This document shows positions 19,029 to 27,884 of a DNA stretch of 64,000 bases, piece after piece. This stretch comes from a virus. The stretch spans positions 64,001 through 128,000 of IMG/VR virus record IMGVR_UViG_3300024054_000008; one strand, 5' to 3'. The notes below the pieces were generated by a model, which ran no database searches, had not been told where the DNA came from, and was given only the letters and a program-made list of their open reading frames with translations. A program made the position numbers and the translations under genes. Within the stretch, counting starts at the first letter, position 1. Each line of letters starts with the position of its first letter.

Positions 19029-19820
19029 TTACATCAAATCACACACCAACGAAACCCAATGCGATTCGATGCTAGCGTTCGTTTTAATCAAACTAGAAGC
19101 AAACAACAAAACCTTTTCAATATTATCAGAAAATTCAGGTTTAAAATCCAAACTTTTAACAGCTTTTGAACATATATGTGCTATGGCTTCTCTGTATGGT
19201 GCATAAGTTTTTTTGCAAAAAGAAATAGCTTCAGGCATTTCAACCCTTGAAGGTTTATTTGTTATTAATTTTCTCAAAATAACAAAAAAATTTCTGAGTC
19301 TTTCATCACCATAAACAATTTCATATAACCCTGGTCTGCCATCACAAACATTTATTGAAAAGTCGTCGACAACTGACTTAGAAGCAAATTTAAAAATTTC
19401 ATCTTTGTCTAAAATGCTCCATTTTATTTCTTTTCTGATTCTAGATGAAAATGCGCTAGATAGTAAACCAGTATCGTGGCATATTAAAATAAATATTGAT
19501 TCTGACGACATGTCTTCAAAAGTTTTGAGACACGCATCTTGCGCTGGCAAACTTAATTTATCAACGTCATTTATAAGTATTATTCTAGTTTCACTCTCTA
19601 AAGGTGAAAATTTAGAAAATTCTAAAGCATTTTTGATTTCATTTATTGACGTATCAGAAATGAAAATATCAGAATTAGAAAAATTTGATGTTACAAAATC
19701 TTTCGAAAATGAAAATTTACCCAGACCTCTCTGGCCCGTTAAAGCCACCACTTTTGTCGGGCTCTCCAACAGAATCTTTATTAGTTGATTCTGAGCCTCT
19801 AAGTTGCCGAAAATTTCCAT
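19029..19820 (-). CDS. holB: DNA polymerase III delta-prime (HolB)-like subunit
   Basis: IFGN..A, degenerate Walker A GQRGLGK, IILINDVDKL..PAQDACLK.FE, LL.A..SR. Confidence 0.75.
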   Translation of the reverse strand: MEIFGNLEAQNQLIKILLESPTKVVALTGQRGLGKFSFSKDFVTSNFSNSDIFISDTSINEIKNALEFSKFSPLESETRIILINDVDKLSLPAQDACLKTFEDMSSESIFILICHDTGLLSSAFSSRIRKEIKWSILDKDEIFKFASKSVVDDFSINVCDGRPGLYEIVYGDERLRNFFVILRKLITNKPSRVEMPEAISFCKKTYAPYREAIAHICSKAVKSLDFKPEFSDNIEKVLLFASSLIKTNASIESHWVSLVCDLM

Positions 19821-19974
19821 CTATTTCCACAAATTCAATTTTTATGATGAATGACTTTCCACAATTTGAACATACAACTGCGTTAACGTTACTAAGTTGT
19901 TGTAACGAACTCTGGCATTCTGGGCAAAATAAAATCATTAATACTGAAACACACCACCGACGCCAACTGTCCAC
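19717..19974 (-). CDS. Small Zn-ribbon protein
   Basis: CPEC...CSNCG; true start probably MILFCPEC. Confidence 0.5.
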   Translation of the reverse strand: MDSWRRWCVSVLMILFCPECQSSLQQLSNVNAVVCSNCGKSFIIKIEFVEIDGNFRQLRGSESTNKDSVGEPDKSGGFNGPERSG

Positions 19975-20138
19975 GTGTATCTACATTTCTCGCACGTGTA
20001 CCTTTGCTCCGTAGAACCGTCTTGATTATGTTTCTTAACAAACATACCATCGCAAGTTTGACCAGCGGTTAATCTATCAGAACCGCGGCGACATTTCATC
20101 AAAATCGGTTTATCTTTTATTTTATTTTCAACTGTCAT
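19938..20138 (-). CDS. Small Zn-ribbon protein
   Basis: KC...C...YTCEKCRYTW, TFIIS/RPB9-like C-terminal ribbon pattern. Confidence 0.5.
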   Translation of the reverse strand: MTVENKIKDKPILMKCRRGSDRLTAGQTCDGMFVKKHNQDGSTEQRYTCEKCRYTWTVGVGGVFQY

Positions 20139-20482
20139 GGTCTGTTCCGATATGCTTCACTAACCATACCATGCGCTCGTTTGATCAAATCTTCTATTTT
20201 GTCAGAAGAAAACAAAGGAACAGATAAATTCAAAGCTATATTCTTACAAATATCAAAATCTTCTCTCAATAACAAAAACTGTAACTCTTGACGTTGAGGT
20301 ACATGAACACTTACTATTTCTCTGCCATTCAAATTGTTTGAAATAGTTATGTGATTGTTTAATTTTCCAAGAGCTAAATAAACAATCATCAATGGGAACG
20401 TTTTAACAGCATAATCAAATGTAGCTGGTCTTACAAGTCTGCCGTTTCGTTTCTTGTTTGAATAAGAACCGTCGAGTGTCAA
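20135..20482 (-). CDS. Hypothetical protein
   Basis: Operonic ORF; no motif. Confidence 0.55.
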   Translation of the reverse strand: MTLDGSYSNKKRNGRLVRPATFDYAVKTFPLMIVYLALGKLNNHITISNNLNGREIVSVHVPQRQELQFLLLREDFDICKNIALNLSVPLFSSDKIEDLIKRAHGMVSEAYRNRP

Positions 20483-21633
20483 ATCGCCTCTTCAACACTT
20501 TCAGAACCTTTAGATTTTGGTTCCATAGGTTGAATTGCATCAACGTTAACACCTTGTTTTTTTAGTTTTTTCTTCAAATTATCGTATGATCTTTGATCAA
20601 GTGGAGATAACGGACCTTGTAGCTCCATCCATTTGAATCTAGCAAATTTTCTCTCATCAATGCCGCGTTGATATAGTTCACGCTCTTCAATTTTCTTACG
20701 TTCAATTTTTTCAATTTCACGCGGTGAGACATCAGAAAAAAATGACTCATACAAAGTCTCATAGTCAACCATCGGAAGTTTATTTTCTATAAAATTATGT
20801 ATTTCACTCAAAAGTTGTTTTCTCAAATCACCAACAAATCCAGACCATCGTTTTTCGTTAGCTTTATATAACTCTGGGTGCTTTTCTTTCAGAGTTGAAG
20901 CCTGACCCATATTTTCTTTAATGTCTGACCCAAAACTTCCGACTTCATCAATAAAAATCAAATCGAACAATTTACTGGTGTTTTCTGACAAAGAAGACCT
21001 TAAAGCCGGTATGTAATCACCTATTTGATCATAAAATTCTTTAACAGCGGCTCTTTCGTCTAAAGCCTTACTTATGTCATTTTCATCAATATCCGGAATA
21101 CGACCTTCACCACCCTCTGGAACGCCCCCACCTTCCGGCCTTCTGCCAAATGCTTCCTGTATCCCAGTCTCTTTTTCTTTTTTTCTAAATTTTTCCTTTG
21201 ATTTCGTTATACTGCGACGACGTATATTGCTATATATAGCACCAAGAGCCTCTTTCCAAGAATCAAAATCTTTTCTAAAATTCCATGGCTCAGCAGTTTT
21301 TCGCTTTATAGTTCTGATTTCGCCGTCTTCTGTCTCTTCCTCTACAAATTCAGTCCCAGTTGAAATGTATGTAAGAAAATCTTGAACAGAATCCATAGCG
21401 TCAGCTTCATTATACTGAAGCTGTTTCTTAGCTATGGCTAACATCTTTCCACCAACTTGGTGTGGATGAGCGTCAACTGTTTGATCTGGATATTGTTTTT
21501 TTAAAATATCAATAATCGCCCTACCGAAGCCTTCTTCAATATCAAGAGCTAGCCTGATTATTGTGTAAGCTAGCCTAACCCCAGGAGTTATATTAAATGA
21601 TACGGATTTTGCTATAGAATCAAAATTTGGCAT
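20479..21633 (-). CDS. Hypothetical protein, possibly a divergent sigma70-like factor
   Basis: ADAMDSVQDFLTYI and FDSWKEALGAIYSNIRRRSI resemble ECF region 2; LRSSLSENTSKLFDLIF resembles the start of region 4. Weak similarity. Confidence 0.4.
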   Translation of the reverse strand: MPNFDSIAKSVSFNITPGVRLAYTIIRLALDIEEGFGRAIIDILKKQYPDQTVDAHPHQVGGKMLAIAKKQLQYNEADAMDSVQDFLTYISTGTEFVEEETEDGEIRTIKRKTAEPWNFRKDFDSWKEALGAIYSNIRRRSITKSKEKFRKKEKETGIQEAFGRRPEGGGVPEGGEGRIPDIDENDISKALDERAAVKEFYDQIGDYIPALRSSLSENTSKLFDLIFIDEVGSFGSDIKENMGQASTLKEKHPELYKANEKRWSGFVGDLRKQLLSEIHNFIENKLPMVDYETLYESFFSDVSPREIEKIERKKIEERELYQRGIDERKFARFKWMELQGPLSPLDQRSYDNLKKKLKKQGVNVDAIQPMEPKSKGSESVEEAI

Positions 21634-21657
21634 TTATAGAAATTATTTAATAACAAT

Positions 21658-23040
21658 TTAAGAACTAATTTGTTTGTGCTTTGCCCTATTCAATGCAGCT
21701 ACAACTCTATCAATCGGATAAGAAAGTCTTGACGATATGTCTTCCGGACTCATTCCGATTGAATTTAAAGAATTAAAAAAATCGGTCCTGGCTTTGACTG
21801 GCGCTCCAAACAATTCATCACCTAATAATTTGTGAACATCACAACCATTCCTATTGCAAGCTTCTTGAGCCAACCTATTTATGTGTTCATCGCTGTGATT
21901 ATAATTTCTAAGTTTATTAATGGCTGATGTTCTTAATTTGTTGACACGATTTGATGATACACCAATACTAGATGCATATTTTCTTATTGGAATATCAGAA
22001 ACATCTATTGCAACCAAAACGTTATGTTCATCTTGGCTAAGGTTTGCCCTATCAACACAATTGATCAAATCAATGCGTTTCTCCAACCTTTCATAATCCA
22101 TCATTGATGATGGATCTCTAAAAGATCTCGTTATACTATCAGGACCATTTTCGTCATCACCTTTTTCTATAGATACAATTTCATCATCTGAATACTCAGG
22201 CGATACACCATTATTGTAAATCATTATGCTCGTGTCATCTGACCGAGACATTCTCTTGAAATCGTTTACAACTTCATTGTCAATTACCATTTGAGCATAT
22301 TTTAGTAATCCAGCTGTTACATCGTGATTAGTCTTCCTCATGATATATCTTGGAACTGATTTAACAAGATTTGACCTTCTCCAGTCACGAAGAAACAACT
22401 TTAATTGATTGTCATTCCAACGCAATTTTAACACTTCTTCTGCATTGGAAAGATCAGTCCAATTGTGGGCCAAACTTAATCCTTTAGAATAAAGTAACTC
22501 TTTGCCATGTTTGCATCCAGTACAAGAATGGCGATCATCTGAACAAACATGTTCAGTCATTTCAGAAGGAAGCAAACGGCCTTGCCTATACAAAGACTGC
22601 AAAGAGCCAAAGTCAACATCTGAATAACCAAGAAGACGTAAAACACGAGCAGTGTCTATCGTATGGCCTTGTGGTGAATAATAATACCTAGAATAGTCAA
22701 ATTTTGCATATCTGAGAATATCAGATATCATCCACAAAGAATTTTGGTCAGATCTCTTTCCTTCAACAGGCGAAACATATGATATATACGTTAATGGTGC
22801 CCCTCCAAGAATTGATTCAGCTTGAGTACGATCAACAAGTTCGTCAGTTAAATGTTTAAAAAACCACCTACCAATGAAGTCTTTGCTCAAAAGACGCAAA
22901 CGAACATTTTGGACGGTGTCCATCATTCGTTCTTTGTCACGCTTAAAATGTCTAGAAACTTTTGCGTGAGTCCACGCGTAATATTGTTTGAGAAATTCTT
23001 GGTTCGTCGGGATTTGAATCGGGAACATCTTTACCTCCAT
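21658..23040 (-). CDS. Sigma70-family (ECF-like) factor with a large region-2 insertion and an extra C-terminal helical domain
   Basis: Region 2.1-2.2 (YYAWTHAKVSR..MDTVQNVRLRL), region 2.4 (LKYAQMVIDNEVVNDFKR), region 4 HTH (LSQDEHNVL...IRKYASSIGVSSNRVNKLRTSAINKLR). Confidence 0.65.
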   Translation of the reverse strand: MEVKMFPIQIPTNQEFLKQYYAWTHAKVSRHFKRDKERMMDTVQNVRLRLLSKDFIGRWFFKHLTDELVDRTQAESILGGAPLTYISYVSPVEGKRSDQNSLWMISDILRYAKFDYSRYYYSPQGHTIDTARVLRLLGYSDVDFGSLQSLYRQGRLLPSEMTEHVCSDDRHSCTGCKHGKELLYSKGLSLAHNWTDLSNAEEVLKLRWNDNQLKLFLRDWRRSNLVKSVPRYIMRKTNHDVTAGLLKYAQMVIDNEVVNDFKRMSRSDDTSIMIYNNGVSPEYSDDEIVSIEKGDDENGPDSITRSFRDPSSMMDYERLEKRIDLINCVDRANLSQDEHNVLVAIDVSDIPIRKYASSIGVSSNRVNKLRTSAINKLRNYNHSDEHINRLAQEACNRNGCDVHKLLGDELFGAPVKARTDFFNSLNSIGMSPEDISSRLSYPIDRVVAALNRAKHKQISS

Positions 23041-23161
23041 GCAGCAAATAATTTGCTGACTTACAGAGTATTGGGCACAAAGCCCAATTTACGATGTGGT
23101 GTTACCCTACCATAGTCTGAGCCATTTTGTCAATATACGGCAAATAATCATAAATTTTCAC

Positions 23162-24145
23162 TTATTGAATAGTTGAAGCGTATTTCTGATTATTTTCAAC
23201 AATCTGCTCTGGCTTCTGTTTAAACAAAATAGCTTGTGCATTTTTATCAAGGATTGAAACTTTGTATCTGGAAATTAAAGTGACAGCAAATCCGACTCTA
23301 GATCGTGACTCAGTCTGGTTATCTTTACACGACCCGGTAGCATACGCACTAAGACGATCCAAAGTATCCTGCTTTCTGCAGGCACTAAATGACCTACGCA
23401 TTGCGTTTAACCCGGCTGTAAAACATTTTGTACGGTCTTGCACAAGATCTTGACCAGACCAACCCTCTGGGGTCTTACCATTACCAATGTGCATTTGCAT
23501 TAAACACCAACTTTTGCCTTTATCGCCCCTAGCAAATTTTCCTAAACCGTAGTCTATGTCACGTCTAAAACCAGATTCAAAAAAAGCCACAGATATCATC
23601 AACATGGCCGTCCTGGCTCTTCCATATTTGCCATTGAAAATTGGTTTAGAGTTTGGATTATAAACAACTTTTGCAAGATCAAGAGCTATAGACTCATACC
23701 TGTCTTTAGCATCTTCTTTGCTTTCTTTTGCATGTTCATAATACGAAACCATCCCCGGGGTCCTTAATTTAGTAAGAACTTGATAAATCCAAAAATACGA
23801 TTCTTTAAATTTAAGTTCAGCAAGGTATTTATTTGCTTCGTCTTTGTGTAATGAAGATGCTCTCTCATCTGTAGACGCTAAGAAAACGTCAAAGTTTTTT
23901 GTTGCAGATTCATTGTCTTTAAACATAAAATAAGCGACTGCCATGTTATATCTGACAATCGCTTTATCTTCTAATTCTAAAGACCGTTTGTAGTTGTCTA
24001 TTGCAGTTTGCCAATTTTTTGCAGAAGCCGCCGATTGTCCATCTTTAAAATAAGACTCAGCGTTCGTTTTAGAATCTTGTGCATGAGAATTGTTAAACAA
24101 AAGCAAAATTGCAATTGCAACAAAAAACTTTAATTGTGACTTCAT
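23162..24145 (-). CDS. Secreted TPR + lysozyme-like (transglycosylase-type) protein
   Basis: N-terminal signal peptide; TPRs (AESYFKDG, AIDNYKRS, VRYNMAVAY); catalytic-like AFFESGF and GKSWCLMQM. Confidence 0.6.
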   Translation of the reverse strand: MKSQLKFFVAIAILLLFNNSHAQDSKTNAESYFKDGQSAASAKNWQTAIDNYKRSLELEDKAIVRYNMAVAYFMFKDNESATKNFDVFLASTDERASSLHKDEANKYLAELKFKESYFWIYQVLTKLRTPGMVSYYEHAKESKEDAKDRYESIALDLAKVVYNPNSKPIFNGKYGRARTAMLMISVAFFESGFRRDIDYGLGKFARGDKGKSWCLMQMHIGNGKTPEGWSGQDLVQDRTKCFTAGLNAMRRSFSACRKQDTLDRLSAYATGSCKDNQTESRSRVGFAVTLISRYKVSILDKNAQAILFKQKPEQIVENNQKYASTIQ

Positions 24146-24210
24146 GTCATTACCTCGTTCAAGCCGAATAGCTAAGCACTTGCACCAAATTTTGTCAAAT
24201 CAAAATTATT

Positions 24211-24474
24211 TTATTTCTTAAATGGAGAAAGCTCTAAATACTGAATAAAACCATTTAAACTTGATTGCACTGAAATGTGTTTGTATTTCTTTTTTGTAAC
24301 AACATACTCACCTTGAACAATCCTTTTCTTGTTCAAATGTTTTGGATGGCGCAAATTAGCATCAATTTCTACAACATCACCTTCATTCAATAATGGCCAA
24401 TCTGAAACTCGAAGTTCATAATGTCTAGGAACATCAGTAAAAATAATAATTGTTTTAAAGTATGGTGAAATCAT
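24211..24474 (-). CDS. Hypothetical protein
   Basis: 87 aa ORF. Confidence 0.45.
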   Translation of the reverse strand: MISPYFKTIIIFTDVPRHYELRVSDWPLLNEGDVVEIDANLRHPKHLNKKRIVQGEYVVTKKKYKHISVQSSLNGFIQYLELSPFKK

Positions 24475-24475
24475 T

Positions 24476-25195
24476 GTGAAATACTACAGTACACTAAACA
24501 AAAAAGAAAAATTTTTGTTGGAAGAAAAATTAGAAGAAATTCTAAACAAAAGATTCGGAAAATCAAAAGAAAATGAACAATTGAAACAAATTTTGTCAAA
24601 AATGATAGAAAAAAAGTCAATACCGGTTGAATTAATAGAAAAAATACCGAAGAAGCCGGAAGAAGCAGGAAGAACAAAATTCGATCAAATTTATGAAGCA
24701 GCAATAGAATTGGCTTTTCCAAGTTATGGCAAAAACACGTTATCAAATTTAACAAAAATAAACGACAACAAAATAAAGATATGGAGGATAGTAGCACCGA
24801 ACAAATACAAAATACCACACGTTTTGATCAGAGCAGAATCAATACAAGAAGCGTTTGCTTTAGCATGCGATTACGTTTGTAGAGCTTCTCTACGTTTATT
24901 AGGTGAAATACCAGCGGATTTACAAATAAGAGTAATATTTATGTCTGAAAAAGCTGTTAGAAGATATTTGGGCATAAAATGGGCAAATAGATTGAATAAA
25001 AGAAAAAAATTGAATTTGATGGAACGTGAATTCTCAAATGATGAAATACAAAAAGCGACTGAAGTTGCTTTGAATGGACCAAAAGACGAAACTTATAGGA
25101 TAGTAAAATATATGGAAGAAAAAGATTTATTAAAAATAAAGAAAACATTTAACAGAATAAGAATTTCACCAATAGAAAAAAAATCAACAAAATAA
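24476..25195 (+). CDS. Hypothetical basic protein
   Basis: 239 aa Lys-rich ORF upstream of the PurZ-like gene. Confidence 0.55.
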   Translation: MKYYSTLNKKEKFLLEEKLEEILNKRFGKSKENEQLKQILSKMIEKKSIPVELIEKIPKKPEEAGRTKFDQIYEAAIELAFPSYGKNTLSNLTKINDNKIKIWRIVAPNKYKIPHVLIRAESIQEAFALACDYVCRASLRLLGEIPADLQIRVIFMSEKAVRRYLGIKWANRLNKRKKLNLMEREFSNDEIQKATEVALNGPKDETYRIVKYMEEKDLLKIKKTFNRIRISPIEKKSTK

Positions 25196-25231
25196 TCAAA
25201 CTTCAGATGTATTGTTTCGTACGAGGAACCA

Positions 25232-26431
25232 ATGATAAAAGGCAGATTTAACGTATTGTTGGACCAAGCTTGGGGTTCGAGCGGGAAAGGCTTGATGTCA
25301 ACATGGCTTGCAGATCACTTTAACATCAACCACGTATCTTCAGCTAATCATCCCAATGCCGGACACTCGGCAATAATTGATGACATAAAATTCGTTGCTA
25401 AGGCCATACCAACAGCCGCAATTTTAAAAAAAGCAAAAGGCGTTGATATAAAGTGTTTCATATCACCAGGTTCTGGTTTCACTTGGAAACAGTTGTGTAA
25501 AGAATGGATTGAAACAGAAAAACCAGAAATTTTCATACACTCTCGTGCATCAATTGTGACCGAAGAACACGCAAAGCGCGAACGTGAAGGTGCAGAATCA
25601 ACAAAGCATATTGCATCAACAATGCAGGGCACAGCAACGGCAATAGCAGACAAAATTTTAAGAAAAAAAGATGTTAAATTGGCAGGAACATTGCCTTTAA
25701 ATGAATTTATCGAACACGAATTTAAATCAAATTCAGAATTCAAAATTTTCAGCGCTTATCTTGATGAATTTTACGAAAAAGTTCGTATAATTGACGCGAT
25801 GGAATTCAGAAATTTGACTCATTCAATAATCAAATCAGGAAATCAATGGTTACACGAAGGAAGCCAAGGATACGCTTTATCAATTGATCACGGATCTCAC
25901 TATCCACAATCAACATCAAGAAACTGTTCATTGCAAGCAGCAATGGACTACATGGCTATACCGCCCCAAATGGTTGGAGATGTTTATTTGAATTTAAGAT
26001 CATTTCCGATAAGGGTAGGAAATGTTATAGAGGATGGGGTTCAAAAAGGATACTCTGGTGATTTCTATCCAGATTCAAAAGAATTAACCTGGGAAGAGGT
26101 CGGAAAAAACGCTGGCATGCCAGAAGAAGAAATACAAAAATTAAGAGAACGCGAGTTGACAACAGTTACAAAAAGACTTAGAAGAGTTGCTACATTTAGT
26201 TGGATCGGACTTCGAGATGCTGTTCAAACAAACGGAGTGACTAAGATCTGTGTGAATTTTATCCAATACATAAATTGGAAAGATGCTGGTCTAAAAGGCG
26301 GAAAAGAAGCGTTCGATCGACTTTCAAGTGAAAGTCGGTCTTTTATTTCAAAAGTCGAAGAAGTTTCTGATTTACCAGTCGTTCTTGTTGGAACTGGACC
26401 GCGACACGAAGACATCATTTCTATCTTGTAA
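25232..26431 (+). CDS. purZ: PurZ-type 2-aminodeoxyadenylosuccinate synthetase (PurA paralog)
   Basis: P-loop WGSSGKG (Ser where PurA has the catalytic Asp of GDEGKG), NAGH, EGSQG, FPIRVGN, GYSG.FYPDS.E, TTVTKRLRRV.TFS, NFIQY in place of PurA TKLD. Confidence 0.8.
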   Translation: MIKGRFNVLLDQAWGSSGKGLMSTWLADHFNINHVSSANHPNAGHSAIIDDIKFVAKAIPTAAILKKAKGVDIKCFISPGSGFTWKQLCKEWIETEKPEIFIHSRASIVTEEHAKREREGAESTKHIASTMQGTATAIADKILRKKDVKLAGTLPLNEFIEHEFKSNSEFKIFSAYLDEFYEKVRIIDAMEFRNLTHSIIKSGNQWLHEGSQGYALSIDHGSHYPQSTSRNCSLQAAMDYMAIPPQMVGDVYLNLRSFPIRVGNVIEDGVQKGYSGDFYPDSKELTWEEVGKNAGMPEEEIQKLRERELTTVTKRLRRVATFSWIGLRDAVQTNGVTKICVNFIQYINWKDAGLKGGKEAFDRLSSESRSFISKVEEVSDLPVVLVGTGPRHEDIISIL

Positions 26432-27863
26432 ACAGAAACTTTAGTTTCTCTTTCCCAAAAACTTTCTTGTAGTTATGTTTTTCAGCATAACTACTTTCTT
26501 TCATCTTGCACGACCTTGCATGGTTATATAATGTCTTCTTGTGCATCATCCATCCATTAGAATCAACATAAACATAGTCAGGTTTAACAGTTGAAACTAG
26601 AACCCAATTGGCGGCTTTGTATATTGTACCAACATGCCCATACGTTGTGTCAGCAAATGAAACAACGGCTTTTACATTTTTGAATTCATTCAAAAACATT
26701 TTGGTACATCTAGACAAAAACCAAGTTGCAAAATTTTTCTTATGACGATTTGGGCTGATGCAAAAACGGTCAAGTTCGAAAATTTCTTTGGTTGTATATC
26801 CAGAAGATAATGCAGTTTCCTTCCTAGAAAGCGGAGAAAACTTGCAAACAGCTATTAATTCACTTTCTAAATATGCACCAATCACAAATTTTGGCTTTTT
26901 GCCTTCTTGAGCATAATGCCACGTCCTTAAAAAGATCTCCGAATCCGATATTTGACAGATTCTAACTTTAACAGACCTGATATCGAAATCATCTAAACAC
27001 TGGATTGATAATTTTAACTGATTTTTTAGTTTTTCAGCAACCTTTCCAGTCGACAATAATTCATTCTCCCAGATATAGATTAGTTTAGAATTTGGAAAAG
27101 ATTTCATTAAATAAGACAGCTTGGCTTTATCTCTCTTAGAGTTATGCGGGAGGTTATGCCAATATTCACCTTGAACATCGATAAATGCGTCATGTTTTGG
27201 TAAATAAAAATCAAAATTATACGGACCAACTGCCCTTTCCGATTCATATTCTATATTGAGATTGTTCAAAATGTTAGCAAATATTTTCTCAGGTCTAGAA
27301 CGATTTCCAGATGAATAAAATTTTTCAATACCCTTTGCAATTTTGATTTTATATTCATCATTTTTAAATCTGTTTTTTGCAAGCTCTCTGTGCAAATCTT
27401 TGTATTTTTGTTTATTTACAGCTTTTTTGTGATTCTTTCTAGCCTTCTCTGTGTGCAATGCGTATACTTTCTCTCTCAAATACTTACCGGGGTCAATTTT
27501 GTATTCACTTTTGTTTCGTTCAGAAACTAATTTTTTATGTTCTTCAGATTTAAATAATTTGTTGATTCTATCAATTTGACATTTTCGGTACGATTTGTTC
27601 TTCCACGCCTGTTTTGACTGCTTAGACCTTTGCAATTTTGCTTCGTCGGTATTAAATGTGCACTTCATACATGAATAAATGCCATTTTTCTTTTTGTTTT
27701 GTAAATAATTATAATAGGTAACTATTGATTCTCTATCACATAACTCACATTTCGCCCAAGTTTTTCTTTTTTGTTTGCTAGACCCGAACCAAATTGTCGG
27801 TGGAATTTTATATCCAAAATCATCTAAATTTTTATTTTCAAGTAACACATACAATCGTAACAC
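26421..27863 (-). CDS. Fusion: Zn-finger/basic repeats + Vsr/DUF559-like endonuclease + Mom-like GNAT domain
   Basis: CELC..CMKC; GPYNFDFYL...IDVQGEYWH; HY...IGAY...LIAVCKF...ELDRFC...VVSFAD...HVGTIYKAANW. Confidence 0.75.
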   Translation of the reverse strand: MLRLYVLLENKNLDDFGYKIPPTIWFGSSKQKRKTWAKCELCDRESIVTYYNYLQNKKKNGIYSCMKCTFNTDEAKLQRSKQSKQAWKNKSYRKCQIDRINKLFKSEEHKKLVSERNKSEYKIDPGKYLREKVYALHTEKARKNHKKAVNKQKYKDLHRELAKNRFKNDEYKIKIAKGIEKFYSSGNRSRPEKIFANILNNLNIEYESERAVGPYNFDFYLPKHDAFIDVQGEYWHNLPHNSKRDKAKLSYLMKSFPNSKLIYIWENELLSTGKVAEKLKNQLKLSIQCLDDFDIRSVKVRICQISDSEIFLRTWHYAQEGKKPKFVIGAYLESELIAVCKFSPLSRKETALSSGYTTKEIFELDRFCISPNRHKKNFATWFLSRCTKMFLNEFKNVKAVVSFADTTYGHVGTIYKAANWVLVSTVKPDYVYVDSNGWMMHKKTLYNHARSCKMKESSYAEKHNYKKVFGKEKLKFLFTR

Positions 27864-27884
27864 GAAGATCGAAAAGAATCAATT

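Noticed and set aside
24190-24200. TTGACA upstream of the TPR-lysozyme gene as a sigma70 promoter
   Set aside because: No convincing TAnnnT at 16-18 nt spacing.
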